A stretch of 64,000 nt of DNA from Nitrosopumilus sp. GTDB taxonomy: Archaea; Thermoproteota; Nitrososphaeria; Nitrososphaerales; Nitrosopumilaceae. The stretch is from assembly GCA_965206745.1 (NCBI GenBank), contig OZ242220.1:512001-576000 (forward strand), in the 5' to 3' direction. The translations under genes and the position numbers were made by a program. This document shows positions 29,048 through 39,735 of this stretch, piece after piece. Position 1 is the stretch's first letter; each line of letters starts with the position of its first letter. The notes under the pieces were generated by a model, which saw only the letters and a program-made list of their open reading frames with translations, was not told the origin of the DNA and searched no databases.

Positions 29048-29099
29048 GTCTGTATGTCTCTATGATAATTATTATTGTTTTACATTCCAGCGTCGAATT

Positions 29100-29243
29100 T
29101 CCTGCCTTTTGAGGCCTATCTTGTTTTCCCTGCAAGTGAATCAGGTGGGGAATTCCATTTCAGGATATATCGCAAGTCTAAAAAAACATGATAAACCAAT
29201 TCCTCTCCCAATTGATGAGGAAACTGTGGAAATACATGTCTAA
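29100..29243 (+). pseudogene. HicB-like C-terminal remnant
   Basis: ISGYIASLKKHDKPIP..EETVEIHV resembles the end of short HicB proteins; no matching N-terminus. Confidence 0.4.
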
Positions 29244-29302
29244 ACTGTCCATTATTTCGACAAGATCCTTTTTATTATATCTCAGGCCACTGGGATTAGC
29301 GT

Positions 29303-30787
29303 TTGACTAGCTTAACATTTCACGGAGGAGTAAATGACATTGGCGGGAACAAGTTTCTAGTCCAAGACAAGGACACAACCCTGTTTATGGACTTTGGAAT
29401 GTCTTTTACAGAGGAGGGAAGATTCTTTTCACAGTTCATGAGGGCCAGAGGCTCCAACGCCCTAGCTGACATGTTCGAACTTGGAATCCTGCCCAAAATC
29501 AAGGGCATGTATCGCCGAGACTATGCCAAGCACGTGGGATTCGGAGGCGATGAGGAGACGGCAATTGACGGGATTCTGCTTACACACGCGCATGTTGATC
29601 ACTGCGCATACATTCCGTATCTCCGCCCCGACATTCCGATTTACTGCTCTGAGGAGTCAAAACTGATCATGCAAAACTTTGATGATACGGGAATCAACCA
29701 GCAGTACCTTACCCTCAAGGAAAAGTTCAAAGTCTATCAGAACAACAAGGGTGACATCAGCCGAGCAACCGGTGAAAAGGTAATGATTCCTCGAACAATC
29801 AAAACGTTTCAATCTGGAAAAGAATTCTCCATAAATTCAGTCAGGGTGGAACCACTGCCAGTTGATCACTCGATAGCTGGAGTACATGCATTTATCCTGC
29901 ATACCTCTGAGGGCTCCATTGGGAACACTGCCGATCTGAGATTTCACGGCAGACGAAGCAAGGATACAGAAAGGTTTGTTGAGAGATGCGGCGAATCCTC
30001 ACTTGACCTCTTGTTGTGCGAGGGAACCCGGATTAACTTGTCAGATTCCAAGACCGAGTATGACGTGGAGACCATCGTTACTGATATTGTAAACAAGACG
30101 GCAGGACTTGCAATCTGTGGTTATCCAATCAGGGATTTGGACAGACTGTTGTCATTTTACGAGTCAGCAAAGCAGTCCAACCGTGATTTAGTGATAGACC
30201 TAAAGCAGGCGTATCTACTCAAACTGTTTTCTGAATCCGAGAATCTGAGAGGGCACTATCCTGCACCAACTGATGCAAACATCAAGGTGTACATTCCAAG
30301 GGGCTCATGGGGACTGATTGACAAGGACCTGGAAAGATTCTCAGAGAAGCAGTTACAGATAGATTATGCCAAATGGCAGAGAGAGTTTTTGGATTATCCA
30401 AACAGAGTGGATTACAGGGACATCAAGGCAAACCAGAAGAACTTTCTCTTCTTCTGCAGTGACTTTAAGTTGCAGGACCTCATAGACATCAAGCCTGATG
30501 AGGGGGCCACATACATCCGCTCGCTGACTGAGCCCTTTGATGCGGAGATGGAACTAAAAGAGGAGCAGGTAAGAAACTGGTTTGTCCACTTTGGCATCAT
30601 AAAAAGAGACCAGGACTGGCACCAGGTGCATGTTTCAGGTCACGGGGACGGCCCCCAGATCAAGAGGGTCATTGACGGGTCCAATGCCAAAAGACTGGTC
30701 CCAATCCATACCAAGCATGAAGGGTATCATAAAAGGCTGCATGGTAACGTGGTATCTGTGAATCAGCATGACTCCATAAACCTGTGA
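29303..30787 (+). CDS. Metallo-beta-lactamase/beta-CASP nuclease (RNase J-like)
   Basis: GGVNDIGGN, DFG, THAHVDH, VDHS, DLRFHG, EGT, HVSGH, PIHT. Confidence 0.85.
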   Translation: MTSLTFHGGVNDIGGNKFLVQDKDTTLFMDFGMSFTEEGRFFSQFMRARGSNALADMFELGILPKIKGMYRRDYAKHVGFGGDEETAIDGILLTHAHVDHCAYIPYLRPDIPIYCSEESKLIMQNFDDTGINQQYLTLKEKFKVYQNNKGDISRATGEKVMIPRTIKTFQSGKEFSINSVRVEPLPVDHSIAGVHAFILHTSEGSIGNTADLRFHGRRSKDTERFVERCGESSLDLLLCEGTRINLSDSKTEYDVETIVTDIVNKTAGLAICGYPIRDLDRLLSFYESAKQSNRDLVIDLKQAYLLKLFSESENLRGHYPAPTDANIKVYIPRGSWGLIDKDLERFSEKQLQIDYAKWQREFLDYPNRVDYRDIKANQKNFLFFCSDFKLQDLIDIKPDEGATYIRSLTEPFDAEMELKEEQVRNWFVHFGIIKRDQDWHQVHVSGHGDGPQIKRVIDGSNAKRLVPIHTKHEGYHKRLHGNVVSVNQHDSINL

Positions 30788-30821
30788 TTGGAGCAGGCAT
30801 TCAAGAAAAGATAAAAGGAGT

Positions 30822-31121
30822 TTGATATCTCCAGTTTTTATGAGTCGTACCTGTACCAAATGTAAAGGTTCAATCCCTGATAATGAGGAACTGGGAATTG
30901 TTGCAGCAAAGTACCCCACATGCAACAAGTGCTGGGCAGAGTGGAAAGAGTACCAAATCATGGTGATGAATGAGATGAAGCTTGACATGTCCATGATGGA
31001 TCACAGAAAACTGCTAAAAAAGCATGAAAAGATCTTTGTCGGTGTGCTATCCCCGGAAGGCGAGGTTATTGATTATACCGATGAGGATAACAGAAAGCCT
31101 GACGAGCCTGCAGGCCTCTAA
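30822..31121 (+). CDS. YggX-like Fe(II)-trafficking protein
   Basis: MSRTCTKC..CWAEWKEYQIMVMNEMKLDM resembles YggX; start probably at MSRT (30840). Confidence 0.72.
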   Translation: MISPVFMSRTCTKCKGSIPDNEELGIVAAKYPTCNKCWAEWKEYQIMVMNEMKLDMSMMDHRKLLKKHEKIFVGVLSPEGEVIDYTDEDNRKPDEPAGL

Positions 31122-31582
31122 AAATTCAGGTGCGTTTTAGCATTCTCTGGTATAACCATCATCATTCGTCTCTTCAAGTTCTCATCCAGATTGTTTACTA
31201 TCTTTTTAATGGTGCTGGCAAGAATCTCCCGCTCGTCCTTCTCCAACGTGAGAAATATCTCCAAAATGCCATCCACGTGAAAGGTGATCAACTTTTGCGG
31301 GGACTGTGCAACCTGTATGATATATGCCGAGAACAGTCCCTCCCTCTGCTCCTCAGGCAATGTCGTCAGAATTTTCAGCCACGTCTTGAATAGCTTGGCA
31401 AAGTTTGGAAATGGAATTGTCGGACCAGCCTCCAGTGCATTGTTAATCACCTCGGTCTTTTCTGATTCTGATAGCGAAAAGAACTCTATCATTCTTTTTT
31501 TAAGAATCGGGTTTCTCAAAAAGTCCGGCAGATTTGCCAGATTGATAATTATGTTTCCTGCAAAGTTCTTGCTAGCCATCAT
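31118..31582 (-). CDS. Hypothetical protein
   Basis: 154-aa helical ORF convergent with the YggX-like gene. Confidence 0.65.
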   Translation of the reverse strand: MMASKNFAGNIIINLANLPDFLRNPILKKRMIEFFSLSESEKTEVINNALEAGPTIPFPNFAKLFKTWLKILTTLPEEQREGLFSAYIIQVAQSPQKLITFHVDGILEIFLTLEKDEREILASTIKKIVNNLDENLKRRMMMVIPENAKTHLNF

Positions 31583-31621
31583 ATTGGACCTGTCGTCGCT
31601 AAATATAAAATCATAGATAAA

Positions 31622-32165
31622 TTGCTCTTTGATGAATGTAGGATAAATTTATCATTTATTTTAAAAGAATCTTATCTTCATAATGATTCGACACAAGATG
31701 ATGCATTGGAAATTTTTTCTATACTTCTGGATAGTGAAAATCATATTATTCGAGAAAAAATTATCTTTTTCTTACTTGCAACATTAGAAGATGAAACAAG
31801 TTAGATGTAAAGAAATTTACTGATAAGATTAAACTCATTTGGATAAAATATCTAAAGAAATCGATAGAGATGAATGGAATCTTCAAATTATAGCAGAATT
31901 GGTAAAATTTTTAGAAAAAAACTGGATACATATTCTACAAAAATCTGTTGAATATTTAGAAAAAATAGTTAAATCCAATGAAAAATATTTAGAATTTAAT
32001 TCACGGATTGTAGATAGTACGACTGTAATTTTGAATGGATTATTTCGTGATGAGAATTTAAGCATTAAAAATAAACAAATTTGTTTAGATATTCTTGATA
32101 AATTTGCTATGGTTGGTTGGCCTTTGATCCCTGATTTACTTAGTAGCATGGAAAGATCTGATTAA
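31622..32165 (+). pseudogene. Frameshifted remnant of a helical protein
   Basis: Two AT-rich ORF pieces (31622-31804, 31839-32165) in different frames, both with only TTG starts. Confidence 0.45.
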
Positions 32166-32205
32166 TTCGATTAATGATTTTTGATTATATCCGTATCATC
32201 CACAT

Positions 32206-34248
32206 CTAATTATAATAATTTGAATCAGATTCAAGATAGCTCTTTAACTCACGTCTAGTACCTGCGAAAATTCGATCATTTTCTATGTTACTTTTAAAAT
32301 CTTGATGTACTCTAATTCCTTCTTTTTCTAATTGATCTTTTTTATCTTTAGTAATTGTTGTATAAAGTATCAAGTTTGCATTTATTTTTTTAGTATACCT
32401 TTCTTTGATTTTAGATTGTTTTCTCTTTATCTGTTTGATTGTTTCTTGAATCTTATGTAACTGCATTTTACACTCAAAATGTTCAATTTTATCATTTGAT
32501 TCACAAAAACAATCAATTTGTTCACCATTAACTATGTGATCACATAGCACTGTTTCAAATTCCTCTTTATCGAGTATCCATTTGTATACGAGATATTCTA
32601 AGAGTTTTCCTCTCATTTTCATCAAAGATTTATTCATTTTCTCATATATTTTGCGACTTTGTTCATGATCCATGGGAATTCCTTTATCTGCAAGAAATTT
32701 TGCAAATATTTCATTTTCAAAAATATGTTCTTCTGTTTCTATTGCATTTTTTTCTTTGTGATATTTTATCTCCTTCATGCACATTTGGTGATGATGCCCA
32801 CCATTTCCAGAATAGTCTGTAGCACAATCGTAGAATATTAACCAACCCGATCCATCTGACATAGCTCCATATGCTTCAACTTTAATCCCAAAACTGTAAT
32901 TATGACCATTTTTTATTCTACCTGCGGGATGTTTAAAAATTTTCACTGTGATTTTACTATCTTTATCTTCTTCTCTTGTTCTATCAACTAGCCCTCTTAA
33001 CATGGAGACAAATGAAAATGCTCCATTGAAACTAAATATTCGTCCAGCATTTAGTACACTAATTGGATACCATGTTAATTCACTATCAATTCTTTCTTTC
33101 ATTGATTCTTCATCTGTTTTTGTCATGTAAGGTGCGTCTTCTACTTCATCTGTTATGAGATTTTGGAATAATTTTTTATCAAATCCTTCTAATTTTAAAA
33201 ATCCTTCGTCTAGTACTCCTATTCTACCAATTTTTGCTTCCAATGGATGAATTATTTCAGAACGCACTTTGAAAAAAAATTGATCTATAGTTCTCCATTT
33301 ATCGTGAATTTTATTCAATTCCTCTCTTAGAATTATTTCTTTTTTTGATTTTTGATGTTCTTCAATATCTGATTCTTCAATATCTGATTCTTCAATATCT
33401 GATTCTTCAATATCTGATTCTTCAATATCTGATTCTTCAATATCTGATTCTTCAATATCTGATTCTTCAATATCTGATTCTTCAATATCTGATTCTTCAA
33501 TATCTGATTCTTCAATATCTGATTCTTCATAATTATTAATGTTGATTGTTTTATTTTCAAAACAGACTTTATCTGATCTGTGTAAATCTTTAACACATGA
33601 ATCTTGAAACTTTGTTGGACCAAGTAAACAAAACCATAGATATTCTAATGCGTATCTATATCCGTTAAACACCGTATTTAGATATTCGGGGCTTTTATCT
33701 GGTTCAAAAATTGATGCAAGTTTAGCCGCACGTGGTATGCCAAAGTTTGTATCAATTAAAAACAGATATGCATTGAATTGAGTCACAGATGAAATTGACT
33801 CTTCTTTTGAAATTGTTTTATTTGGTTTTAGATTCTGTTCACGTAAAATTTCATATATCTGTATGAGTTCAGATGGTTTTTGATTTTTGATTTCTTCAAA
33901 AGTTTTTGCTTCTCTAATCTTTCTGCTTTGCTTCCAAATATTTTTCAACACAATAGTTTTTTCACAACTATTTGGAATATTGTTTATTGCCATGCCTAGA
34001 AAATCTGCACGTACTAATTTTTCATCATCTTTTAATGAAAATGGATCATCTGGTATTAGTTGAGCAATGAAATATCTAAGAGATACTGTAAGTATGTATT
34101 TATATCCTTCCAGAAATTCTTGCTGTTCGTTAATTTTATGGTGAGTAGAAAGCCATCTTTGAAAATTTTCTGTTTTTGATAAAATTCTTAATATTTCCAA
34201 AAAAGCAAACACATGATCATTATCTGATTTAGTATATTTATTCTCCAT
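32206..34248 (-). CDS. Hypothetical protein with (EESDI)11 linker and C-terminal PD-(D/E)XK-like domain
   Basis: 680-aa ORF with C-terminal GKLLEYLV..EQIDCF..FECK. Confidence 0.7.
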   Translation of the reverse strand: MENKYTKSDNDHVFAFLEILRILSKTENFQRWLSTHHKINEQQEFLEGYKYILTVSLRYFIAQLIPDDPFSLKDDEKLVRADFLGMAINNIPNSCEKTIVLKNIWKQSRKIREAKTFEEIKNQKPSELIQIYEILREQNLKPNKTISKEESISSVTQFNAYLFLIDTNFGIPRAAKLASIFEPDKSPEYLNTVFNGYRYALEYLWFCLLGPTKFQDSCVKDLHRSDKVCFENKTININNYEESDIEESDIEESDIEESDIEESDIEESDIEESDIEESDIEESDIEESDIEESDIEEHQKSKKEIILREELNKIHDKWRTIDQFFFKVRSEIIHPLEAKIGRIGVLDEGFLKLEGFDKKLFQNLITDEVEDAPYMTKTDEESMKERIDSELTWYPISVLNAGRIFSFNGAFSFVSMLRGLVDRTREEDKDSKITVKIFKHPAGRIKNGHNYSFGIKVEAYGAMSDGSGWLIFYDCATDYSGNGGHHHQMCMKEIKYHKEKNAIETEEHIFENEIFAKFLADKGIPMDHEQSRKIYEKMNKSLMKMRGKLLEYLVYKWILDKEEFETVLCDHIVNGEQIDCFCESNDKIEHFECKMQLHKIQETIKQIKRKQSKIKERYTKKINANLILYTTITKDKKDQLEKEGIRVHQDFKSNIENDRIFAGTRRELKSYLESDSNYYN
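33358..33529. repeat. Perfect 15-bp tandem repeat, ~11.5 copies
   Basis: (TTCAATATCTGATTC) x11 at 33361-33525 plus partial units, with no mismatch seen. Confidence 0.97.
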
Positions 34249-34812
34249 TTTAATTCTCCATCAAACTTTTATTTCACTAGCTATACACAGCAATATATTA
34301 TTATCGGTAATTTCAAGATGGATTGTATGAAATTCTTATAATTTTCTATCTAGTCCGTCCTTCACATGATTGAGTTTTTTAGAAAATCTAAATTTATGCT
34401 TGAATTTTTTACTGTGAGTGTATATCTTTTTTGCATTAAGAAATTCTTTTATGATTACAGTATAATGCATGCTTGTGAGATTCCTATTCAAATTCTCTAT
34501 GTTATCCAAATATTCTCTTATAGTGACAAACAAAAGTTCATGGGATCAGATCTAATTGTTTACCTTAAGCAAAGGTAGTAATGACAAGGACAAACTTTTG
34601 ATTATGACTATGGGTATAATTAACATAATAATTTCATACAAATTTTTGTAGCTAAAAAAGCAAACCTGTCAATATCTCTGTAAAGATAAATTTGTATTCA
34701 TACCTCATCAAATCCTGATTATACAACATGATATCTTATCACAATCTTGATGATGTGTCAAAAAATCATGGAAAATCTACAGCTTAAATAAACGAGATGG
34801 AGACTCACCAAC

Positions 34813-35814
34813 ATGACATCCACTGTGGTCGTTGGCGGATTCTTTGGGGATGAGGGAAAGGGAAAGATCATCTCATACCTGGCAGTCAAGGACAACCCGG
34901 AGATAATCGTACGCGGCGGTGCAGGTCCGAATGCCGGCCACACGATAAGGGATGGGGACAGGGTATACAAGGTAAGGATGCTACCAAGCGGATTCCTAAA
35001 CAAGAATGCAAGGGTGATGATTGGACCAGGAGTCGTAGTGAATCCTGATGTACTGAATAAAGAGATTAAAGATTTTGAGGTTACTGGCCGCTCATTTATT
35101 GACAAGCACTGCGGAATTATTGAAGAGTCCCATCTGAGCAGGGATTCAAAGGGGGATCTAAAAGAAAAGATTGGCAGCACCGGCTCTGGCACGGGTCCTG
35201 CAAATGCAGACCGCGCAATGAGGGTGTTAAAGCTGGCAAAGGACTTTGATTCACTATCTGACTTGATCGTCGATGTACCATTGGAGGTCAACTCTACACT
35301 TGATGCAGGCAAGAATGTCCTGATAGAGGGCACACAAGGAACCTTTCTCTCCCTATGGCACGGGACGTATCCGTTTGTAACCTCAAAGGATGTTACGGCA
35401 TCCGGAATATGTGCCGATGTCGGCCTCGGACCTACAAAGGTTGACGAGGTGATAGTAGTCTTCAAGTCATATGTGACGCGTGTAGGCACAGGACCACTTG
35501 AGAAGGAGCTCTCACTTGAGGATGCAAAAAAGAGGGGATGGTCCGAGTTTGGTACAGTTACTGGCAGGCAGAGAAGGGCTGCAGACTTTGACTTTGATCT
35601 GGCCAGGCGTGCAATCATGCTCAATGGCGCAACTCAGATCTCAATAACAAAACTCGATGTGCTGTTTGCTGACTGCGCAGGCAAGACATCCTATGAAGAA
35701 CTCTCTGATGAGGCAAAGGCATTTGTCGCAAACATCGAGAGGGAATTAAACACGCCTGTCACCATTATTGGAACGGGCCCTGCAGTCAATGATGTCATTG
35801 ATAGAAGACGCTAG
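34813..35814 (+). CDS. purA: Adenylosuccinate synthetase
   Basis: GDEGKGK, GPNAGHT, EGTQG, GTVTGRQRR. Confidence 0.96.
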   Translation: MTSTVVVGGFFGDEGKGKIISYLAVKDNPEIIVRGGAGPNAGHTIRDGDRVYKVRMLPSGFLNKNARVMIGPGVVVNPDVLNKEIKDFEVTGRSFIDKHCGIIEESHLSRDSKGDLKEKIGSTGSGTGPANADRAMRVLKLAKDFDSLSDLIVDVPLEVNSTLDAGKNVLIEGTQGTFLSLWHGTYPFVTSKDVTASGICADVGLGPTKVDEVIVVFKSYVTRVGTGPLEKELSLEDAKKRGWSEFGTVTGRQRRAADFDFDLARRAIMLNGATQISITKLDVLFADCAGKTSYEELSDEAKAFVANIERELNTPVTIIGTGPAVNDVIDRRR

Positions 35815-35863
35815 GCTCGTCTGTCTTGGATAAGTTTAATTTGATATCCTGTATCTAATCCCT

Positions 35864-36544
35864 GTGGACAAGCTACAAATCACTGACAAACTACCGCGCT
35901 ACGTTCAGGTCAGTTCCACCTTGGAGTTTACCAGGCTTGTCTGCGCACTAGAGCGCGCCCCGCGCGTATCATTTCTGCATGATTACAACGGAAAAAAGAT
36001 TCTATCTGTACAGATGGACATACTAAAAGAGAAACCAATTGTATATTACACACCACTTGAGAATCACGGCCACTATCTCTGCTATGGACTAAAGGGAGGA
36101 AAGGAGGAATCAGAGATTGTAAACACCACCTCTGATGCCAGTAAATTGTACTCGCCCATAGTCAGAATAAAGTCACTTCCAAAGACACTTCAACCAGGCA
36201 ACGGCACCGTTGATAGGTACCAGCCAATCGAGTTGGAGGACATGTCAAGTCTTACAAAGCTCACCTGGGGTCTTGAGGAGATTCCGTTTCCACTGTTTCT
36301 GTTCCCGCGCGGTGACAAGTGGTTGATTGGCGTCTTTATGACCTTTAACGACGAGGGAACGTCCTACTTTTGCCATGTGGTGTTAAATTCGGATCCGCAA
36401 AAGCCATTTTTAAAATTCTCAACTGCAAACGGAACCCAGCCGACATTTGTCGGGAATCCGTCTGAACACGGCTATTCTTATATCAAAATAATAAAATTAA
36501 AAGAGACCCATCCGCTAGTAGATTATGGCCACCTTCAAAACTAG
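35864..36544 (+). CDS. Hypothetical protein
   Basis: 226-aa ORF in operon context, overlapping pyrF. Confidence 0.65.
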   Translation: MDKLQITDKLPRYVQVSSTLEFTRLVCALERAPRVSFLHDYNGKKILSVQMDILKEKPIVYYTPLENHGHYLCYGLKGGKEESEIVNTTSDASKLYSPIVRIKSLPKTLQPGNGTVDRYQPIELEDMSSLTKLTWGLEEIPFPLFLFPRGDKWLIGVFMTFNDEGTSYFCHVVLNSDPQKPFLKFSTANGTQPTFVGNPSEHGYSYIKIIKLKETHPLVDYGHLQN

Positions 36545-37265
36545 ACTCTCCAAGATATCAAAGGCAAATGGCAGGGTCATCCTTGCCAACGATTACGACT
36601 CGTCTGTAAAAAACCTCGAATCAAAGACGATCCAAAATATCGTACTATTACATCCGTACCTCTGTGGCATCAAGCTGAACTTTCACCTGCTACTGCCACT
36701 TGGTAGAGAAGAGATCCGAAAAATCAACAAAACCGCACACAGGTACGGCCTGCAGACGATTGCAGACATCAAGCTAAACGACATTGGAAATACAAACAGG
36801 GTGACTGCTGAACACCTGTGGGATCTGGGATTTGATGCAGTCATTGCAAATCCGATCATGGGACTTGAAAGTCTGAAAAATCTGACAAAATCTGCACACA
36901 AAAATAGCAAGGGCGTGATCACCCTGTGCCACATGAGCGCACCAGAAGCCAAACTATCCTATGACATGCAGGTTGTGATGGGCAAAAGGCAGCATCTGTA
37001 CCAGCTGTTCCTTGACTGGGCCCTGACTGCCAAGGTCGATGGGATCGTCGTGGGCGCGACATTTCCGGAAATCATACGGTACTGCTCTAAAAAGGCAGGC
37101 AAAAGCTTGGGCATCTTCTCGCCGGGAGTCGGCACGCAGGGCGGTAGTGCAAGTGAGGTGATATCATCTGGGACAAATTATCTGATAGTTGGCAGAACGA
37201 TACTGCACTCCAAAGACCCGGCAGATACTGCCAGAGAACTGCAGTTACAGAGTCTTGCCAAGTAG
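36525..37265 (+). CDS. pyrF: Orotidine 5'-phosphate decarboxylase
   Basis: DIKLNDIGNT, VVGAT, PGVGTQGG, IVGR. Confidence 0.93.
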   Translation: MATFKTRLSKISKANGRVILANDYDSSVKNLESKTIQNIVLLHPYLCGIKLNFHLLLPLGREEIRKINKTAHRYGLQTIADIKLNDIGNTNRVTAEHLWDLGFDAVIANPIMGLESLKNLTKSAHKNSKGVITLCHMSAPEAKLSYDMQVVMGKRQHLYQLFLDWALTAKVDGIVVGATFPEIIRYCSKKAGKSLGIFSPGVGTQGGSASEVISSGTNYLIVGRTILHSKDPADTARELQLQSLAK

Positions 37266-37664
37266 TGCATGTGCCTTTCTCAGAATCCTCTTTGCGTTAT
37301 CAAACGTGGTCCTCTCCATCGCAGTGTCATAGTCTGCCCATGCATAGTCTAGGTGTTCATCTGAGATCTTTACATTTTTGGTATTTGTCTGGGCCAGAAA
37401 GAATACCACCTTCTTGTGAATCAACTCCCCCTGGTGTTGAAAATCATACTTTATCCACTCTTCAAACCCTTCTTCAAACGTGACATCCGTAATTCCTGTC
37501 TCCTCTCCTGTCTCCCTTACTGCCGTCTGATGGAATGTCTCGCCCTTTTCCATCTTGCCCTTTACAAAGTCCCAGTGTCCTGAAGGATAGTGCAAAAGCA
37601 GAAACAGATTTTTTGCACCCTCTCTTCTAAACAGTATGATTCCTGCAGATGTCTCCCTGATCAT
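37245..37664 (-). CDS. NUDIX hydrolase (Ap4A hydrolase-like)
   Basis: HWDFVKG..E..AVRETGEETG Nudix box. Confidence 0.88.
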   Translation of the reverse strand: MIRETSAGIILFRREGAKNLFLLLHYPSGHWDFVKGKMEKGETFHQTAVRETGEETGITDVTFEEGFEEWIKYDFQHQGELIHKKVVFFLAQTNTKNVKISDEHLDYAWADYDTAMERTTFDNAKRILRKAHALLGKTL

Positions 37665-38452
37665 TTTCCCAGTCTCCTCTTTCTTTCCTGGTATGTCCTG
37701 ATTGCCCTCATTAAATCTATTTTTCTAAACTCGGGCCAAAAGATATCCATAAAGACCAGCTCGCTGTAGGCACTCTGCCACATCAGAAACCCACTCAACC
37801 TCTTCTCCCCTGAAGTCCTCAGTACCATGTCCGGTGATGACTGCGGCAGGTGTGAGGTGTACAGGTTTGACTCTATCTCCTTCTTGCTTATATCTTTGAC
37901 ATCAAGTGATCCGTCCTTTATCTTCTGGCCAATCTTCTTTACTGCATCAACTAGCTCGTTCTGTCCGCCATATGCCAGTGCAATGTTTAGAAAGTGATTG
38001 TCGTAGTCCTTTGTTGCATCATCTAACTTTTTCAAGATTTGCTTGATTGACTCTGGGAGCAGCTCTATCCTTCCAATCCCCTTTACCCTCATCTTGCTTC
38101 TGTGTATTCTGGGGTCTGTAAACAATTTCTCCAGCCTCATCTGGATCAGCTCGTATAGCTGTCCGAGCTCCTCATTGTCTCGATTGAGATTCTCTGCTGA
38201 AAGCGCATACAGGGTGACAATCTTGATGTCAAACTCCTCGCACCAGTCAAGAAGATTCTCTACTGCATCTGCCCCCTTCCAGTGCCCGCTCTTTGGCACT
38301 GAGAGCTGCCTCTTTGCCCACCTCCTGTTGCCGTCTAGAATCAGGGCAACATGGTTTGGAATATCGCCGTTTTTAATCTCATTTTCGAGCCTCTTGCCGT
38401 ATATCTTGTAGAGGCCTGAGAGCTGAAAGGCCAGATCCTTAAACTTGCCCAA
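37661..38452 (-). CDS. uppS: cis-Prenyltransferase (UppS family)
   Basis: ILDGNRRWA, SAEN, RTSGEKRLSGFLMWQ. Confidence 0.94.
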   Translation of the reverse strand: MGKFKDLAFQLSGLYKIYGKRLENEIKNGDIPNHVALILDGNRRWAKRQLSVPKSGHWKGADAVENLLDWCEEFDIKIVTLYALSAENLNRDNEELGQLYELIQMRLEKLFTDPRIHRSKMRVKGIGRIELLPESIKQILKKLDDATKDYDNHFLNIALAYGGQNELVDAVKKIGQKIKDGSLDVKDISKKEIESNLYTSHLPQSSPDMVLRTSGEKRLSGFLMWQSAYSELVFMDIFWPEFRKIDLMRAIRTYQERKRRLGK

Positions 38453-38517
38453 CTGCCTGCCTCTGAATCATACCTGTAAGAGATATCTGTTTTTTATAAA
38501 TCCGATTCATCTTCAGA

Positions 38518-39663
38518 CTAGTCAGAAATCATCTCTTGATCCTTGCCCTTTCTGTATTTTTTAAAGAGGATGGTAGCTGATACCAGGGTCACTGCCAGTC
38601 CTCCCAACAGCGGAGGAATAAGGGTAAGGGAGGTCTCGTCATGAATCATTATGTTGGTAAACTGCTGTACTGTCGGGTATAGTGCAGCAAGGACGATTAT
38701 CCTCAGGATATCGCTGATCTGCCTTGGGATTCCGCCCATCCAGTTGCTCAGCAGTGTTCCTGCAAATATTGCGCCAAGGCCAATCCACAGAATCGGCAGC
38801 ACGCCGGATATGAACTGTCCAACAATCATCTTGTCTGTAATTATTGCGACAAGCTCTGGGTTTGATCCTACCAGTTCGGGATTCACCGCACTAATGCCGG
38901 CAGGAATTGATGAGAGGACAATTAGTACACCTGCAACCATCGTAAACATTCTGATAAAGCCCATCGGCGTCGGCTTTGACCAGCTTGACCATGCCCTATC
39001 TATGTCAAATGCCCTGATCAAAAATGCGCCACCCAGGATACTTACAAGCACTGCAAATATCTCTGCAGTATATCCAAACACGGTTGCCACCCCGCCAATC
39101 AGCAAAAGAATTCCTGGAACGCCTAAAAAGAACTTTGAATACTTTGAATCATATGCCAGCATCTTGAGATATTTCCCAAAGACTGCGTAAGAGTACTCTA
39201 CACTGCGACTCACCTTCATTACCACGCGCTGTACTGATACGACGGGAAGCACGTTTTGAATTACCGGAATGACACTCTCGTCATCCTCACCATCAGATAC
39301 AATGACTGCACCGTTTGCAGAAAATCCCTCCAGAACCTTTCTTGTCTCTGCTAGAATCTTCTCGTCTGCCTGAACACCCCTGTCCTTGACACCTGCAACT
39401 GTTACGACCTCAACCTGATATCCCTTGCTGATAAGGTCCTCATACGTCTTGATTGCAGCAAAGATGGAATTTGAATCTGCATCCTCGGGATCCTCTAGAG
39501 CCAGCCTCTGGGCCGCCTCGATGCATGCGTCCCTGCCGACAACTGGCGTGACTATGCCTGCCTTGTCCCCGACGTCGTTGTCCCTGTCAATACATATTAC
39601 AAGCAGCTTGCTGGCAGCTGATGCGTTGACATCCTTTTCTACCTTGCCGGTTCTCTGAGACAT
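38518..39663 (-). CDS. DUF373 family membrane protein
   Basis: CIDRDNDVG..DPEDADSN..SDGEDDE followed by TM helices. Confidence 0.82.
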   Translation of the reverse strand: MSQRTGKVEKDVNASAASKLLVICIDRDNDVGDKAGIVTPVVGRDACIEAAQRLALEDPEDADSNSIFAAIKTYEDLISKGYQVEVVTVAGVKDRGVQADEKILAETRKVLEGFSANGAVIVSDGEDDESVIPVIQNVLPVVSVQRVVMKVSRSVEYSYAVFGKYLKMLAYDSKYSKFFLGVPGILLLIGGVATVFGYTAEIFAVLVSILGGAFLIRAFDIDRAWSSWSKPTPMGFIRMFTMVAGVLIVLSSIPAGISAVNPELVGSNPELVAIITDKMIVGQFISGVLPILWIGLGAIFAGTLLSNWMGGIPRQISDILRIIVLAALYPTVQQFTNIMIHDETSLTLIPPLLGGLAVTLVSATILFKKYRKGKDQEMISD

Positions 39664-39735
39664 TGTAGTTTCTTTTGCATGAATTGCTTTTTAATGATTT
39701 CCAACTAGTATGAATAGTAAAACTCGGTTTTGAGG

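Noticed and set aside
33358-33529. Repeat array as a CRISPR
   Set aside because: Units are contiguous with no spacers, lie in frame within a CDS, and no cas genes are present.
33333-33623. ORFs encoding (KNQIL)n and (QYLIL)n
   Set aside because: Alternative-frame readings of the 15-bp repeat.
34758-35624. 288-aa antisense ORF over purA, and similar ones at 56101-57033, 51632-52225 and 38651-39190
   Set aside because: Shadow ORFs of well-supported genes, with no recognisable motifs.
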